Positions 10,848-20,826 of a stretch of 64,000 nt of DNA are shown one piece after another. Origin of the DNA: Lepidodermella squamata (lineage: Eukaryota; Animalia; Gastrotricha); contig JBLDXI010000007.1 of the NCBI GenBank assembly GCA_047495785.1, positions 3,100,001-3,164,000 on the forward strand. The letters run 5' to 3'. Within the stretch, counting starts at the first letter, position 1. Every line of letters starts with the position of its first letter. Under the pieces are notes generated by a model, which had not been told where the DNA came from, did no database searches, and worked only from the letters and a program-made list of their open reading frames with translations. The position numbers were made by a program, and so were the translations under genes.

Positions 10848-13139
10848 ATGTCAACTCGTGGTCACTGGAGAATGGCTATTGCCCTTTTCGTAGTCTCAGC
10901 TATGTCCGCAAACAGCCAATCGCCAGATACTAGTGTCTTACCTCTCCCGTGTTCCTGGTCTGGCAATCTTTCATATGATTCAAGTGTATCTTTCGACATC
11001 GCAATCAACGGAAACAATTACATTGGATCCGGCCTGTTGGCGGTCGGTTCAAGAATAATGTATACTAACAGTTCTAATGTGACTACAAAGCTTCGAGCCT
11101 ACTACGTATGGATTAGCTTTTTTCGTTATGCTAAAACTATTTAGATCGCCATTCTTGAAATCATAGGGAAGAGCTTCGTGGACGAATTTCAGAGCGGAAA
11201 TCGACATGAAGTTGAATTATGACATCACGAATAACAACACATGGTTTGGATTGGAGCTGACGCATAAGAGCTGGAGTAAGACTTTGTTTGATCGCACACT
11301 CCTTTGAAGCTTTGGAACTTTTTAACCTAGATTACAGAGGCATATTTTTCTGGTTAAGGATTGGACTTGGAGGAGAAGCAGTTGTAAGCTTCGAACCCAA
11401 TGCTACATCTCTTCGTGCGCCATCAGACTTGATGAACCTAGCAAGATCGAATCCAGCCTGTGGGAGGCAAGATACCTTGACTTCAACCGGCAGCAGTGAT
11501 GTTAAATTCGTTATTCAAGTTATCAATGAACTCATCACGGTAAGAGCTAGATAATGGACTGGAATGTTCTTCTAATGCGTTTTTGAGTGATAGGTAGCAT
11601 TGGTGAACCTTCAAGACAGCAACTCAACTACGAGATCAAGCATCTGCCTCGAGAATATCGTGGCTCCTGGGCTTACAGCAATGTTTTCTGATAGGAATTA
11701 TTCAGAATTGTACTTGACAGCCCGAGGAGCTGGTGTCACATCAACATCACTGCAAAAGTTCTTCATATTTGCGTTTGACTATAATTCAACGTCATTCCCA
11801 ACAACAAGTAACGCTGGCCCTCCTTGCTTCCCAACTCCGTCGTCGCAGCTGCCATCAACAACCGATCCTAGCACTAAACCTACCCTTGCTGCTGTAAATA
11901 ATTCTATGAAAGATTCTAATACCGATTTCACGAAAGCTCCGAATACCGATTTCACGAAAGCTCCGAATACCGGTTTTATGAAAGATCCGAATACCGGGTT
12001 TCCGATTCCTGTTTTGATAGACGGCAGCCGTATTCCGATAATCAAAGTTAGCGATCTAACTGTGTGCGAAGATTTGGATCCTTCGGTTAGGTAAGCTCTA
12101 CCTACGTCGTAGTAATCAGCTTCAAGGATTCCCTAACAGGTCCCCCGCATTCGACACGAAGCTTTATGTTACAGTGACAGTTGAGCGGCTAAATCAACTG
12201 GATGCCATGAACCAAGAAATATCCCTACTAGCCACGTTACGAATTCAATGGGTTGTTACGACCTGTAAAAGCTCACTGACAGCCCCCGGCGCCTTAAATG
12301 AGGAAAGAATCTATACTACAAAAAGAAGTGAAGTCTGGACACCCAATGTCCAGCTCGCGAACAGCACCAACGATTTCTACATGGTTACGAGCACAGAAAG
12401 CGACGTAGTTCAAATTGTCTACTATCCAACTACCCCGAACCGGACCTTGTTTTTCCACTGGAATCGACTAGTCACTCTCAACGCGAAATGTGACATGAAC
12501 ATGCGAAAATTCCCCTTTGATACCCAAGAATGTGAGCTAGCGTTTTTGACCGAGGAAACGACCACGTTTATGTCTTTCGCCGGCGCGATGCTGAGAATAA
12601 GAAGTCGCATGTCTAATGGCATATGGAACTTCATCGGGTCAACAACTTCGACAGGAACGATGGCGACGAATGTTGACAAAGTAGGATCAGTCAGTTATGT
12701 GAAATTGAAACTGAAATATGCTCGTGAGCCGTGGCGTTACGTTGTTAATTCCATCTTGCCGTGTTGGTTTCTGCTAGTTCTGGTCTTCGCTTCTTTCCTA
12801 ATGCCTCCCGATTGCCCAGATCGACCTATATTTTGTGGGACGATTATTTTAGCGCTTATCGTAGCGCAATCAGCCGTCTTCGACCAAATGCCTGTTACAT
12901 CAGATAAAATATTGCTTGCTGAGTATATGACACTTCTCACGGCTTCAACAATCGTCACAACTATTTACGATATGCTTATTTTGCTGATTCATCAGAAATA
13001 CGGTAGTCTGATAGCGCTGAAAGTAGCGTTCTCAAGAACCAAATTAACTATTGGATCTTGCTGCGATCTCATTGTTGCCCTGCTCTCGGCTGAGATTTTT
13101 CTAGTTAGCACAATTTATGGACTTATTAATATTGCTTGA
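10848..13139 (+). CDS. Cys-loop ligand-gated ion channel subunit with an extra N-terminal beta-rich domain and S/T/P stalk (690 aa, 5 exons)
   Basis: Exons 10848-11105, 11167-11275, 11331-11539, 11594-12090 and 12140-13139 are joined by GT-AG introns of 61, 55, 54 and 49 nt, all phase-compatible. Signal peptide, WTP, Cys-loop CDMNMRKFPFDTQEC and 4 TM helices are present. Confidence 0.85.
11906..12001 (+). repeat. Coding 24-bp minisatellite (~4 units, NTDFTKAP/NTGFMKDP)
   Basis: AATACCGATTTCACGAAAGCTCCG x2 plus diverged flanking units, in the receptor stalk. Confidence 0.9.
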
Positions 13140-13518
13140 TGCGTCCCTTGGAGATGAAACAACCCTTATCGCTCTTCTGTAACATGATTCTTGCTAGGTG
13201 GTTTTCAGTTGGCTGAATTCGCCTTGAATTCGTGACATAGCTCTTTCTCTTGTTCTACTGCATTTAAATGTAATTTTAATTGAATTTCAATAAAAAATCG
13301 TATGGGTCGCACGACTGTATGTTTCATCGGAGAGTCATAGCAACGAGATCGATTGACCAATCAACATGCACACATCAGAATCGGACTTTCCAGTGGTTGC
13401 ACAATGAAGTTGCAAAATTTCGTTTTTCCAGTTAATATCTTCACAGCACGGGATCTCTGCCATTTGCCATATCTCTTGGAAACTCGATAGAGTACAGATC
13501 ACAATTTTGTGAAAAAAA

Positions 13519-15801
13519 ATGCTGACAAGGGTTCTGCTTGTTATAGTTTCAACCGGCTTCATAGAAATTTCGACTCAAGAGAAAAACGAGCAGCTCCAAG
13601 TTCTGACATTGCTGCCCATCACCGGAGATGAGCCACGGAAAGGCCAAGCGTGCAAAGCCGCTATACAAATGGTTTTTGACGAGGCTAACAATCGAAGCGA
13701 TATTCTACCGAATTACCGCTTGAAGCCCTCTTATCAAGATGAAGGACCTTTCGGGCGCAATATGCCGAGTTTAGCAGTTCAGTTTCAGAGGAACATCGAA
13801 ACAGGGCTGAAATCTCCTTTAATTGTTGGCGGATGGTGGGTCGGTGGTTGTGTTGCCCTTGCTCCGATCTTGCATCATTTGAACATGGTTCAAAGCGTTG
13901 TTGGCTGCGGCTCCCCAGGGTTGAACGCAAATCGAATTCGCTACCCGAATTTCTACAAAGTTCGTAGTGCTGGCGACCTGATGTGTTTTGCCCATCTTCG
14001 TTTCATTCAATCTATTGGAAAATGGCGCCGATTTTCCATCGTAGCCGACGCAACTAGCGCGTTTGATTACTCGATAGGGATTTTCCTGCTAAGGCAAGCT
14101 ATTTACAACGGCTTCACCATTCCATACTTCGGCCTAACCCCGAGTTTCGACGATCCAGTGATGCTAGAGCTCGTGCAAGCCAACGCTCGAGTGATTTACA
14201 TAAGTTCGACCTCTCAAATCATCCGATTTCTGTGCCAAGCTTTCAAATTCGGCATAACTGGGGCGAGGTATGTCTTCATTGTCAACTATAGCTCGTATTT
14301 CGACCCAGATCTATTGGCCGATGTGATTTACCCCGGCTGCACTCGAGCTGTTGTGCGAGAGCAGGCTAAATTCACTGTGTGGATCGCGTGGACATCGACG
14401 ACTGATGAACCGGCACAAAAATCTTCGCTAGGCATAACATTCAACGATTTCGTCGAAAAATTTGACAGGAATTTCGGGCAAGTAGCTGATATATCAGCTG
14501 ATCTGGAGAAAAGAGCCATCTGCCATGATGTAGCTCTCCAAGCTGTTTTGACGCTGAATGAAACTGATAATAGACTTCAAACCCAGCATAATCTATCACT
14601 GAGCAACTACTCAACCTTTCCAAGCTTGGTATCGAATGTGGTGAATCAGACTATTTTTCAAACTGAATTTCAAGGTTTCAGGCTCAGTAAGCCATTCAAG
14701 TACTCATCAAGGGCTGAACACGACGATGAAACTTACATTGCGGTTCAATGGCATCCAGTGAAAAAACGGCAATTCCTATTCAGCATCGGTCTTCAGGACA
14801 AAGAAAAATCAAATGCATATAACTTGGGCGATTATATTATCACTAAAACATTCAACCAACCCATATGGCTAACTTCTGACGGCTCTCCGCCCAGAGATGA
14901 TTGGGCAGTCCTCAATACCTCAGCAGAGGTCCCCATGACTTTTTTCTGGGCCATTTTAATTTCAGTTGTGTCCCTTGTCATATTTCAAGCTATTTTACTC
15001 CGGAAATTGCATTCGAATGGGCTAACACAAAACCATATTCTGACTTGTTTTGGATGTTTTTTCTTCGATGCAGCTGCCTTGATTTTTGCGATCAACTGGA
15101 ACAGAAGTGATTGGTCAAAAGTCAGTTCAGGAGTGATTTGTTGCCTTGAGCGATGCGTACCGGCTGCAGCGATGGTGTTCATTCAATCGCAAACCTTTTT
15201 GAGGCTGATGCTCAATCACGGCGAAGTGCAACGAAAACGGAAACGCGCGAACGTTAGTTCAAATTCGACGAAATTTAAGATATCTGCCAATAAAATGCCG
15301 GTTGCTGACAATGAAGGGCGAGCCTTGAGCGATTTCAAGCGGAAGACTACTTACGGAACTATATTTATGTCTGTGATAACGCTCATCTATGTCACGATTT
15401 GGTTCACGTTGGACACTCCTGCCCTCGAAATTCAAGTGCTAGGAGAACCGGGCGGAGTTTTCGTTGCTGAAATCGATACGCTTGTCCTTACCCAGGTCGC
15501 GCTTTGTCATTCGAAATACGAAACTGTATGGGTTTCGGCTGTCACTGGATTTCACGCACTCGCTTTGTTTTTCGGCTGCATTTTCGCGTACGGTTTGAGG
15601 GGCAAGATCAGCTCTCATCTCATCAGTGAAAAGCCTAGTCTTAGCCGTGTTAGACTTCTCACCGTTTGCTTGGCGTCGCTGTTCATTGGGGGTGCTTTTG
15701 TTGTTTTACTAATGCGAGAATTGCCTCACGTTCAGTCAATTGTTATTTCGCTGGTTTCACTTGTTGGATCGGGGGCCACTTCCATCCTACTGCTGACGTG
15801 A
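13519..15801 (+). CDS. Class C GPCR, GABA-B-receptor-like (Venus flytrap + 7TM), 760 aa, intronless
   Basis: Signal peptide; A.QM...EANNRSDILPNYRL (ANF-receptor/VFT start); RYPNFYKV; IW..DG.PPRD linker with no cysteine-rich domain; seven hydrophobic segments. Confidence 0.85.
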   Translation: MLTRVLLVIVSTGFIEISTQEKNEQLQVLTLLPITGDEPRKGQACKAAIQMVFDEANNRSDILPNYRLKPSYQDEGPFGRNMPSLAVQFQRNIETGLKSPLIVGGWWVGGCVALAPILHHLNMVQSVVGCGSPGLNANRIRYPNFYKVRSAGDLMCFAHLRFIQSIGKWRRFSIVADATSAFDYSIGIFLLRQAIYNGFTIPYFGLTPSFDDPVMLELVQANARVIYISSTSQIIRFLCQAFKFGITGARYVFIVNYSSYFDPDLLADVIYPGCTRAVVREQAKFTVWIAWTSTTDEPAQKSSLGITFNDFVEKFDRNFGQVADISADLEKRAICHDVALQAVLTLNETDNRLQTQHNLSLSNYSTFPSLVSNVVNQTIFQTEFQGFRLSKPFKYSSRAEHDDETYIAVQWHPVKKRQFLFSIGLQDKEKSNAYNLGDYIITKTFNQPIWLTSDGSPPRDDWAVLNTSAEVPMTFFWAILISVVSLVIFQAILLRKLHSNGLTQNHILTCFGCFFFDAAALIFAINWNRSDWSKVSSGVICCLERCVPAAAMVFIQSQTFLRLMLNHGEVQRKRKRANVSSNSTKFKISANKMPVADNEGRALSDFKRKTTYGTIFMSVITLIYVTIWFTLDTPALEIQVLGEPGGVFVAEIDTLVLTQVALCHSKYETVWVSAVTGFHALALFFGCIFAYGLRGKISSHLISEKPSLSRVRLLTVCLASLFIGGAFVVLLMRELPHVQSIVISLVSLVGSGATSILLLT

Positions 15802-16209
15802 AGAGAGGATATTTACCTGATGGCTTTTTGGCTAACCCGTCAGGAATAGATATGACCCATTTAACCCTTGAGACCGCATTCACGGTTTCATAATAAGTTA
15901 GTATCCGGCGATGATTGTGATTTGTTATTTGAAAAACCTTTAAACGTTAAACCGTGAGTGGCACTTCTGCAGGATGTATTCGGTACAACTATGATGCAGT
16001 AAATTTGTCTTATTGCTCGTACACACGGCCTAGTTGTGTGATTTGACTCGTATCAACTCAAACGCAAGAAGATCAAGCAAGCCAGCCGCATCAGCTTTCT
16101 CGAGAGAATGCACTGAACCAAACATATATTGTAATAACGAACTGATAGTTTTATTTTGATCAGGTAACAACAACAAAAAGGCAAATGTCACACGTGAATA
16201 GTCAATTGT

Positions 16210-18141
16210 TCAGTCAACCGTTGAAACTTTCGACAACTCACAAATAGCAACTCTCATTCTTTCAATAATATTGTGAAGTGAAGTTTTCTCACGCTTCATC
16301 TCAGCTGCAAATGTGACATTTCGCTGAGCAATAGTCATCACGAGTTTGCCTAGAATCAACTCACGACATAGATAGCTACGCGCTAAGCTTTTCGATTTTA
16401 CGCCCATAGCTTTGATCATCGACTTCATTCTGTTAAAATTGATCTCGAGAGATAAAGCTGGAAAAAACAAGTAAAGTTCGGTTATAACAGCTAAATTGGC
16501 ACAATCGAAAGACAGCTCTTTAGCTGAAGTGACGCGATCACGAGCCGAAATTCGCGACAAATGGCCAAGTCCTTCGCGAAACGTCAACCGGGCATTATCT
16601 CGATTGCCGATCGATTTAAGCCATCGGCTTCGAGCTGATTTATCGGACAATCGAAGGAAAGGAATCATCGCCAGCCAGAGAGGTTCATTGTGGTCATAGT
16701 GTACAAGAATGAATTCGAAAAATTCGGCTTCTTTGTAAATCTGGCGATGGACAGGTTTTTCGGGGAATCGGCACAAAATTGCCATAAGTCTTGACAAAAC
16801 GTCCACGCCTTCGTAAGTCTCCATTGCAGGACAAAGTGTTGCCGTAAATAGCCCTGCAAATATCTGGTTATTCGACAGACGACTCTGTTGCTCTAAGCTT
16901 AGCCCAGTCAGCATCGTATGCAATATTTCGAGGCTTCTTACGAAGCTGCGTTTCTCGAGGCCATGAAGTAAAGCGATGAATAAAGAATGGCTATTAATAA
17001 GTTTTTTCTCGACGGCTGGTTCTTCCAATAAGATCTCCAGTAGATCGAGAATTGTTTCGTGAGCTCCTGGCGGAAAGGCATAAGCTCCGGACGTCATCAG
17101 CACCATGCCAAGTGAAAGCAAGTCGGGAGTATCCTCGATAATTTTCTGACCAGTCCAGTCGACCAGTCCAGTTGACGATCCTTTTCTATAAAAATTCATC
17201 AGCAATTGGAGAAGTAAAAGCCGAATTATGCAATCAAAATCGAGGAAATCAGGACTGTTTTCGCATCTCTGGAGAAAGAAGCTCACAATATGAGCGTATC
17301 CGTTGTTGTTCATCATCACCTGTTTGAAGCCTTCATCAGAAGTAGGAAATTTGACAGCCTGACGAAGCACGGCATCGAGCCATTTAAGCCTCTCATTTAA
17401 CGAAGATTTCAATACAAGTGAAACCAGGGTCAACAGCCGGATTTGACTTGGCGAGGGTGATGTATAATCGGCTTCCAACACTTTTTGACGAAATACTGAA
17501 TTTCTTTTCAGCTCAGAAAACGCCTTGTCAGTTGTGTCCGAAGACAGCTCTGTGTTACTTGACAGACGAGCTGCGACGAGGACAATAAAAGCCAACTCAT
17601 CAACGCCCTCGCTGCAGTTGAAATTTTTGAAGATTTCAGCACATTTCGGCAGGATGTAGTTGTCAAGAATCTCAAAAAGCTCATCGCCATTATCCTTCTC
17701 TTCTCCTGAGAACGGACTGTTGTAGTAGTTCATTAGCGAATACGCTTCATTCACGAAAGGAATGAACGCTTTGCTTCGGTAAATTAGGTAGCCAAGCCAG
17801 CTATACACCAAGGCGGTTCGAGGTCGGTTGGTATTCAGAGCACACTTAGCGATCCGCTCGTAGACTTGTTCAGACGGCGAGTAGGTATCGGCTAATTTGA
17901 TGAAAGCACCGAATGCTTCTTCATAATGACCTTCGAGCATATGAGCTATTCCTTTTGCCTGCAGGATTGATGCCGAGGCCTTTCCATTTTCAAACTCAGG
18001 ATAGCCACCAAAAGCGCGAATACGGACTTCGTTTGCAAATTTTTCCACATCTTCCTTTGTGTGGATCGCGGCGATTTTACGTTGGACAATTATCGATCCA
18101 GACGTTGCATCGTTTCCAAAAAGAAGCTTGACTAAGCTCAT
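16210..18141 (-). CDS. Array family member, 643 aa
   Basis: MSLVKLLFGND; G...MLEGHYEEAF; PSQIR; TSDEGFK; ELILGKL. Confidence 0.9.
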   Translation of the reverse strand: MSLVKLLFGNDATSGSIIVQRKIAAIHTKEDVEKFANEVRIRAFGGYPEFENGKASASILQAKGIAHMLEGHYEEAFGAFIKLADTYSPSEQVYERIAKCALNTNRPRTALVYSWLGYLIYRSKAFIPFVNEAYSLMNYYNSPFSGEEKDNGDELFEILDNYILPKCAEIFKNFNCSEGVDELAFIVLVAARLSSNTELSSDTTDKAFSELKRNSVFRQKVLEADYTSPSPSQIRLLTLVSLVLKSSLNERLKWLDAVLRQAVKFPTSDEGFKQVMMNNNGYAHIVSFFLQRCENSPDFLDFDCIIRLLLLQLLMNFYRKGSSTGLVDWTGQKIIEDTPDLLSLGMVLMTSGAYAFPPGAHETILDLLEILLEEPAVEKKLINSHSLFIALLHGLEKRSFVRSLEILHTMLTGLSLEQQSRLSNNQIFAGLFTATLCPAMETYEGVDVLSRLMAILCRFPEKPVHRQIYKEAEFFEFILVHYDHNEPLWLAMIPFLRLSDKSARSRWLKSIGNRDNARLTFREGLGHLSRISARDRVTSAKELSFDCANLAVITELYLFFPALSLEINFNRMKSMIKAMGVKSKSLARSYLCRELILGKLVMTIAQRNVTFAAEMKREKTSLHNIIERMRVAICELSKVSTVD

Positions 18142-18715
18142 CGAAATTCAATGAAAGCTTATTAAGACGTTTAAATCCTAAAATTGAGAAATAGATGAAG
18201 TAAGTGATAACTGACAGTTGATTATTGAGATATGATAAACTTCACTAGCGTGATGAAGTATCGAAAATGTTTTACATATAACTGTTAATTTTCAATTCCC
18301 GCTGTAAGCAGCCAGCACTAAATAATAAAAGCTGTAAGCCAATCGAAACATCGAGATATTTATCATGTCAAATATGTGCTCCTCGCGACCAGATTTGATT
18401 TCAAGTGAGGTTTCGTACCATTATTTGAAACATCAACATGAGAATGGTGCCATGTTTTTGCTTGCGAACAGCTGACATTATGGAAAAGAGTCAACATTTT
18501 GCAGCCAGACCAATACATGCTTCTCAAAATTAACGTGACTGGGCTACGAATCAAGTATTGGGCTAATTTCCTTGAGGTGCAAAGTGAAAGTGTTTATTCC
18601 ACGCTTTTCTGATTCTCTTATACTTTCTCAATTTTTCTTCCTCATTGGTCTTCTACCAGTCCAGATGAGGCAAAATTGATAAGATGTCTGTGACGTCCTT
18701 TCGATATAGGTGAAT

Positions 18716-20305
18716 ATGTCGAATCTGATTAAAGTTTTGTTTGGAAACGATTGCACACCAGGCTGTCCGGCTATTCAACGAACGTTGTCCAGTCCTGATT
18801 TTAGGAGAAATTTCTCACAATTACGCAAGGACATTTTCGAGCGAGCCTGCGGCGGTTACCACGCTCATCAAGCCTGGATTCATCAAAAAATGTACGACTT
18901 TGATGACGGCGAAAGCTGCTACGAAAAAGGTCGTTATGAAGAGGCTTATGAATATTTCCTGAAATACGTTAACAATCACGGTTGGACTTCGCAAGCTTTC
19001 ATTAGATTGGCTCAATGTGCTCTGGAACTGAAAAAACCTCGAACAGCAGTGGTCTACCTGTGGCTGAATTCGCTCACCTACTCGCATCATCTTGTTGGCG
19101 AATTGATTTTCAAAGCTTACGAAGATCTTGGAATGACTGGGATCAATTACATGAGCGGATATTACGAAGACTTTTCGAAGGTTATTCAAGTTTTCGACAA
19201 AAAGCTACTACCGAAATGCGAGGATCTTCTAGCCGAATTGGAATCTGAAGGCGAAGATGATCTAGCGTTTTTCGCAATGTTGGCTTTCCGTACGAAAGAC
19301 TTGCGATGCCGAATTTCCGACTTAATCACAAAGAAACTCGACGAAAACCGAATCGATGCATCTTCACCATCCAGAATTCGATTAACGACTCTCCTGCTGG
19401 TGTCTCTGGATGAAGAGAAACAGCAATCTATCGAGATGGCTTGGTTCAAGGGTTTGGTAGGAGAATTTTGGAAATTTGCAACCTCGGATGAAGGCTTCAA
19501 ATTGGTTATTCAACTCGACTATGATGTTTTCCCTGTTCTAATCAGGCTGTTACCTCACCTTGATCCAAGTCTCTATAGTGACGGCAATCTTTCTGCGCCC
19601 ATTCGATTTTTATTGCTTCATTTCTTGCCATCGTATTGTGATTCTGAGACGTTGCTTTTGAAAAGCGTTGTCGCCTCGCTTATGATAATTGAGGCTATTT
19701 CTAAAGCTGAATCGTGCAACTTCGGCCAAAATCCTGGCGAAACTCTTGATATGCTTTCGTTCTGTTTGCGTAATATGAATGCTGGAACATTGCTGAATCC
19801 TCTTTTTGACGCGATTTCTCAACTCGCCGTGAAGCCGGAATGCGTTGAGGAGATGAATGACAACTCTACCCTGTTTGTCGTTTTGACTCAATTGATGGAT
19901 TCATGTGAATTTTTCGAGGTTTTAGCCGTAGTGAATAAAATTCTGATACAAGCGAGCTCATACCAGCTCGAAACTTTGATGAATAATCAAGTTTTTGTGA
20001 ATTGTTTCATTAAGATATTTGAGAGATATGTCTCAAAAAAGATGTCACATCTTCAAGCTGAACAACTGTCAAACTTTTTAGCTTTAGCTTTGAAGCCTAG
20101 CAATACGCTGTTTTGTCGGTATTTCTACTCGAATGTTTCCTTCTTAAAAACTGCCTTGTCCAAGTATGAAGACGCGAGTTATACAATTTCGCCTATTTTG
20201 GTACCGATTTTCAAATTCGCCGACGTTGAAAGCCAAAAGAAGCTGTCGAAATGCTTTACAAAAGATGAAGTGGTCAGGATTATGACCAAGTTGGCGCAAT
20301 CGTAA
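18716..20305 (+). CDS. Array family member, C-terminally truncated (529 aa), possibly a pseudogene
   Basis: MSNLIKVLFGND, G..CYEKGRYEEAY, PSRIR and TSDEGFK are present. It stops ~110 aa short of its paralogues; residual C-terminal-like sequence (KVFFASVFLILARE) lies at ~20490-20590. Confidence 0.75.
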   Translation: MSNLIKVLFGNDCTPGCPAIQRTLSSPDFRRNFSQLRKDIFERACGGYHAHQAWIHQKMYDFDDGESCYEKGRYEEAYEYFLKYVNNHGWTSQAFIRLAQCALELKKPRTAVVYLWLNSLTYSHHLVGELIFKAYEDLGMTGINYMSGYYEDFSKVIQVFDKKLLPKCEDLLAELESEGEDDLAFFAMLAFRTKDLRCRISDLITKKLDENRIDASSPSRIRLTTLLLVSLDEEKQQSIEMAWFKGLVGEFWKFATSDEGFKLVIQLDYDVFPVLIRLLPHLDPSLYSDGNLSAPIRFLLLHFLPSYCDSETLLLKSVVASLMIIEAISKAESCNFGQNPGETLDMLSFCLRNMNAGTLLNPLFDAISQLAVKPECVEEMNDNSTLFVVLTQLMDSCEFFEVLAVVNKILIQASSYQLETLMNNQVFVNCFIKIFERYVSKKMSHLQAEQLSNFLALALKPSNTLFCRYFYSNVSFLKTALSKYEDASYTISPILVPIFKFADVESQKKLSKCFTKDEVVRIMTKLAQS

Positions 20306-20826
20306 TGGCTCACAAACCTCCTTCTTACATTTTGGCTTTCGGGTCGATTTTATAGAATGTGATGGGTTTTGCAGTCACGTGTCACGTCCAGTTTGCGATG
20401 GGTTATTCTGTTATAATGCGACTTGTATTGCCATTGTATCATGTTCGTAGTTTCCCATAATTTTACAAATTTGAGTAATAATTTCCAGCTTGAAGAATGG
20501 AGTCAATAAAGTGTTCGAAACCTCATGTTTCCTCAAGGTCTTTTTTGCATCAGTGTTCCTCATTTTAGCAAGAGAACGTTTTTCATTTTGGATTCCAGGA
20601 CTGTACCTGTTATCTGATCAAATCTATTTCCGGCAAAATCGATATTTTGAGCAAAATGTTCTGGAGCCTTCTGCTTTCTGCTTTCCGAAATCTTTAGTGG
20701 CCTTGAGCTTTCAAAGCTTGTAGTAAATATGGCTGCAGGTAAAGTAGCTCCAGTTTGCCGTGAAGAAAACAATAACTATCCCAATCATTCACAATTTATT
20801 ACTCGCAAGCATCGTGTAACAAAATA

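Noticed and set aside
11106-11144. 39-nt intron using the first AG
   Set aside because: It leads to a stop. The AG at 11165-11166 restores the conserved FRAEID...WFG motif.
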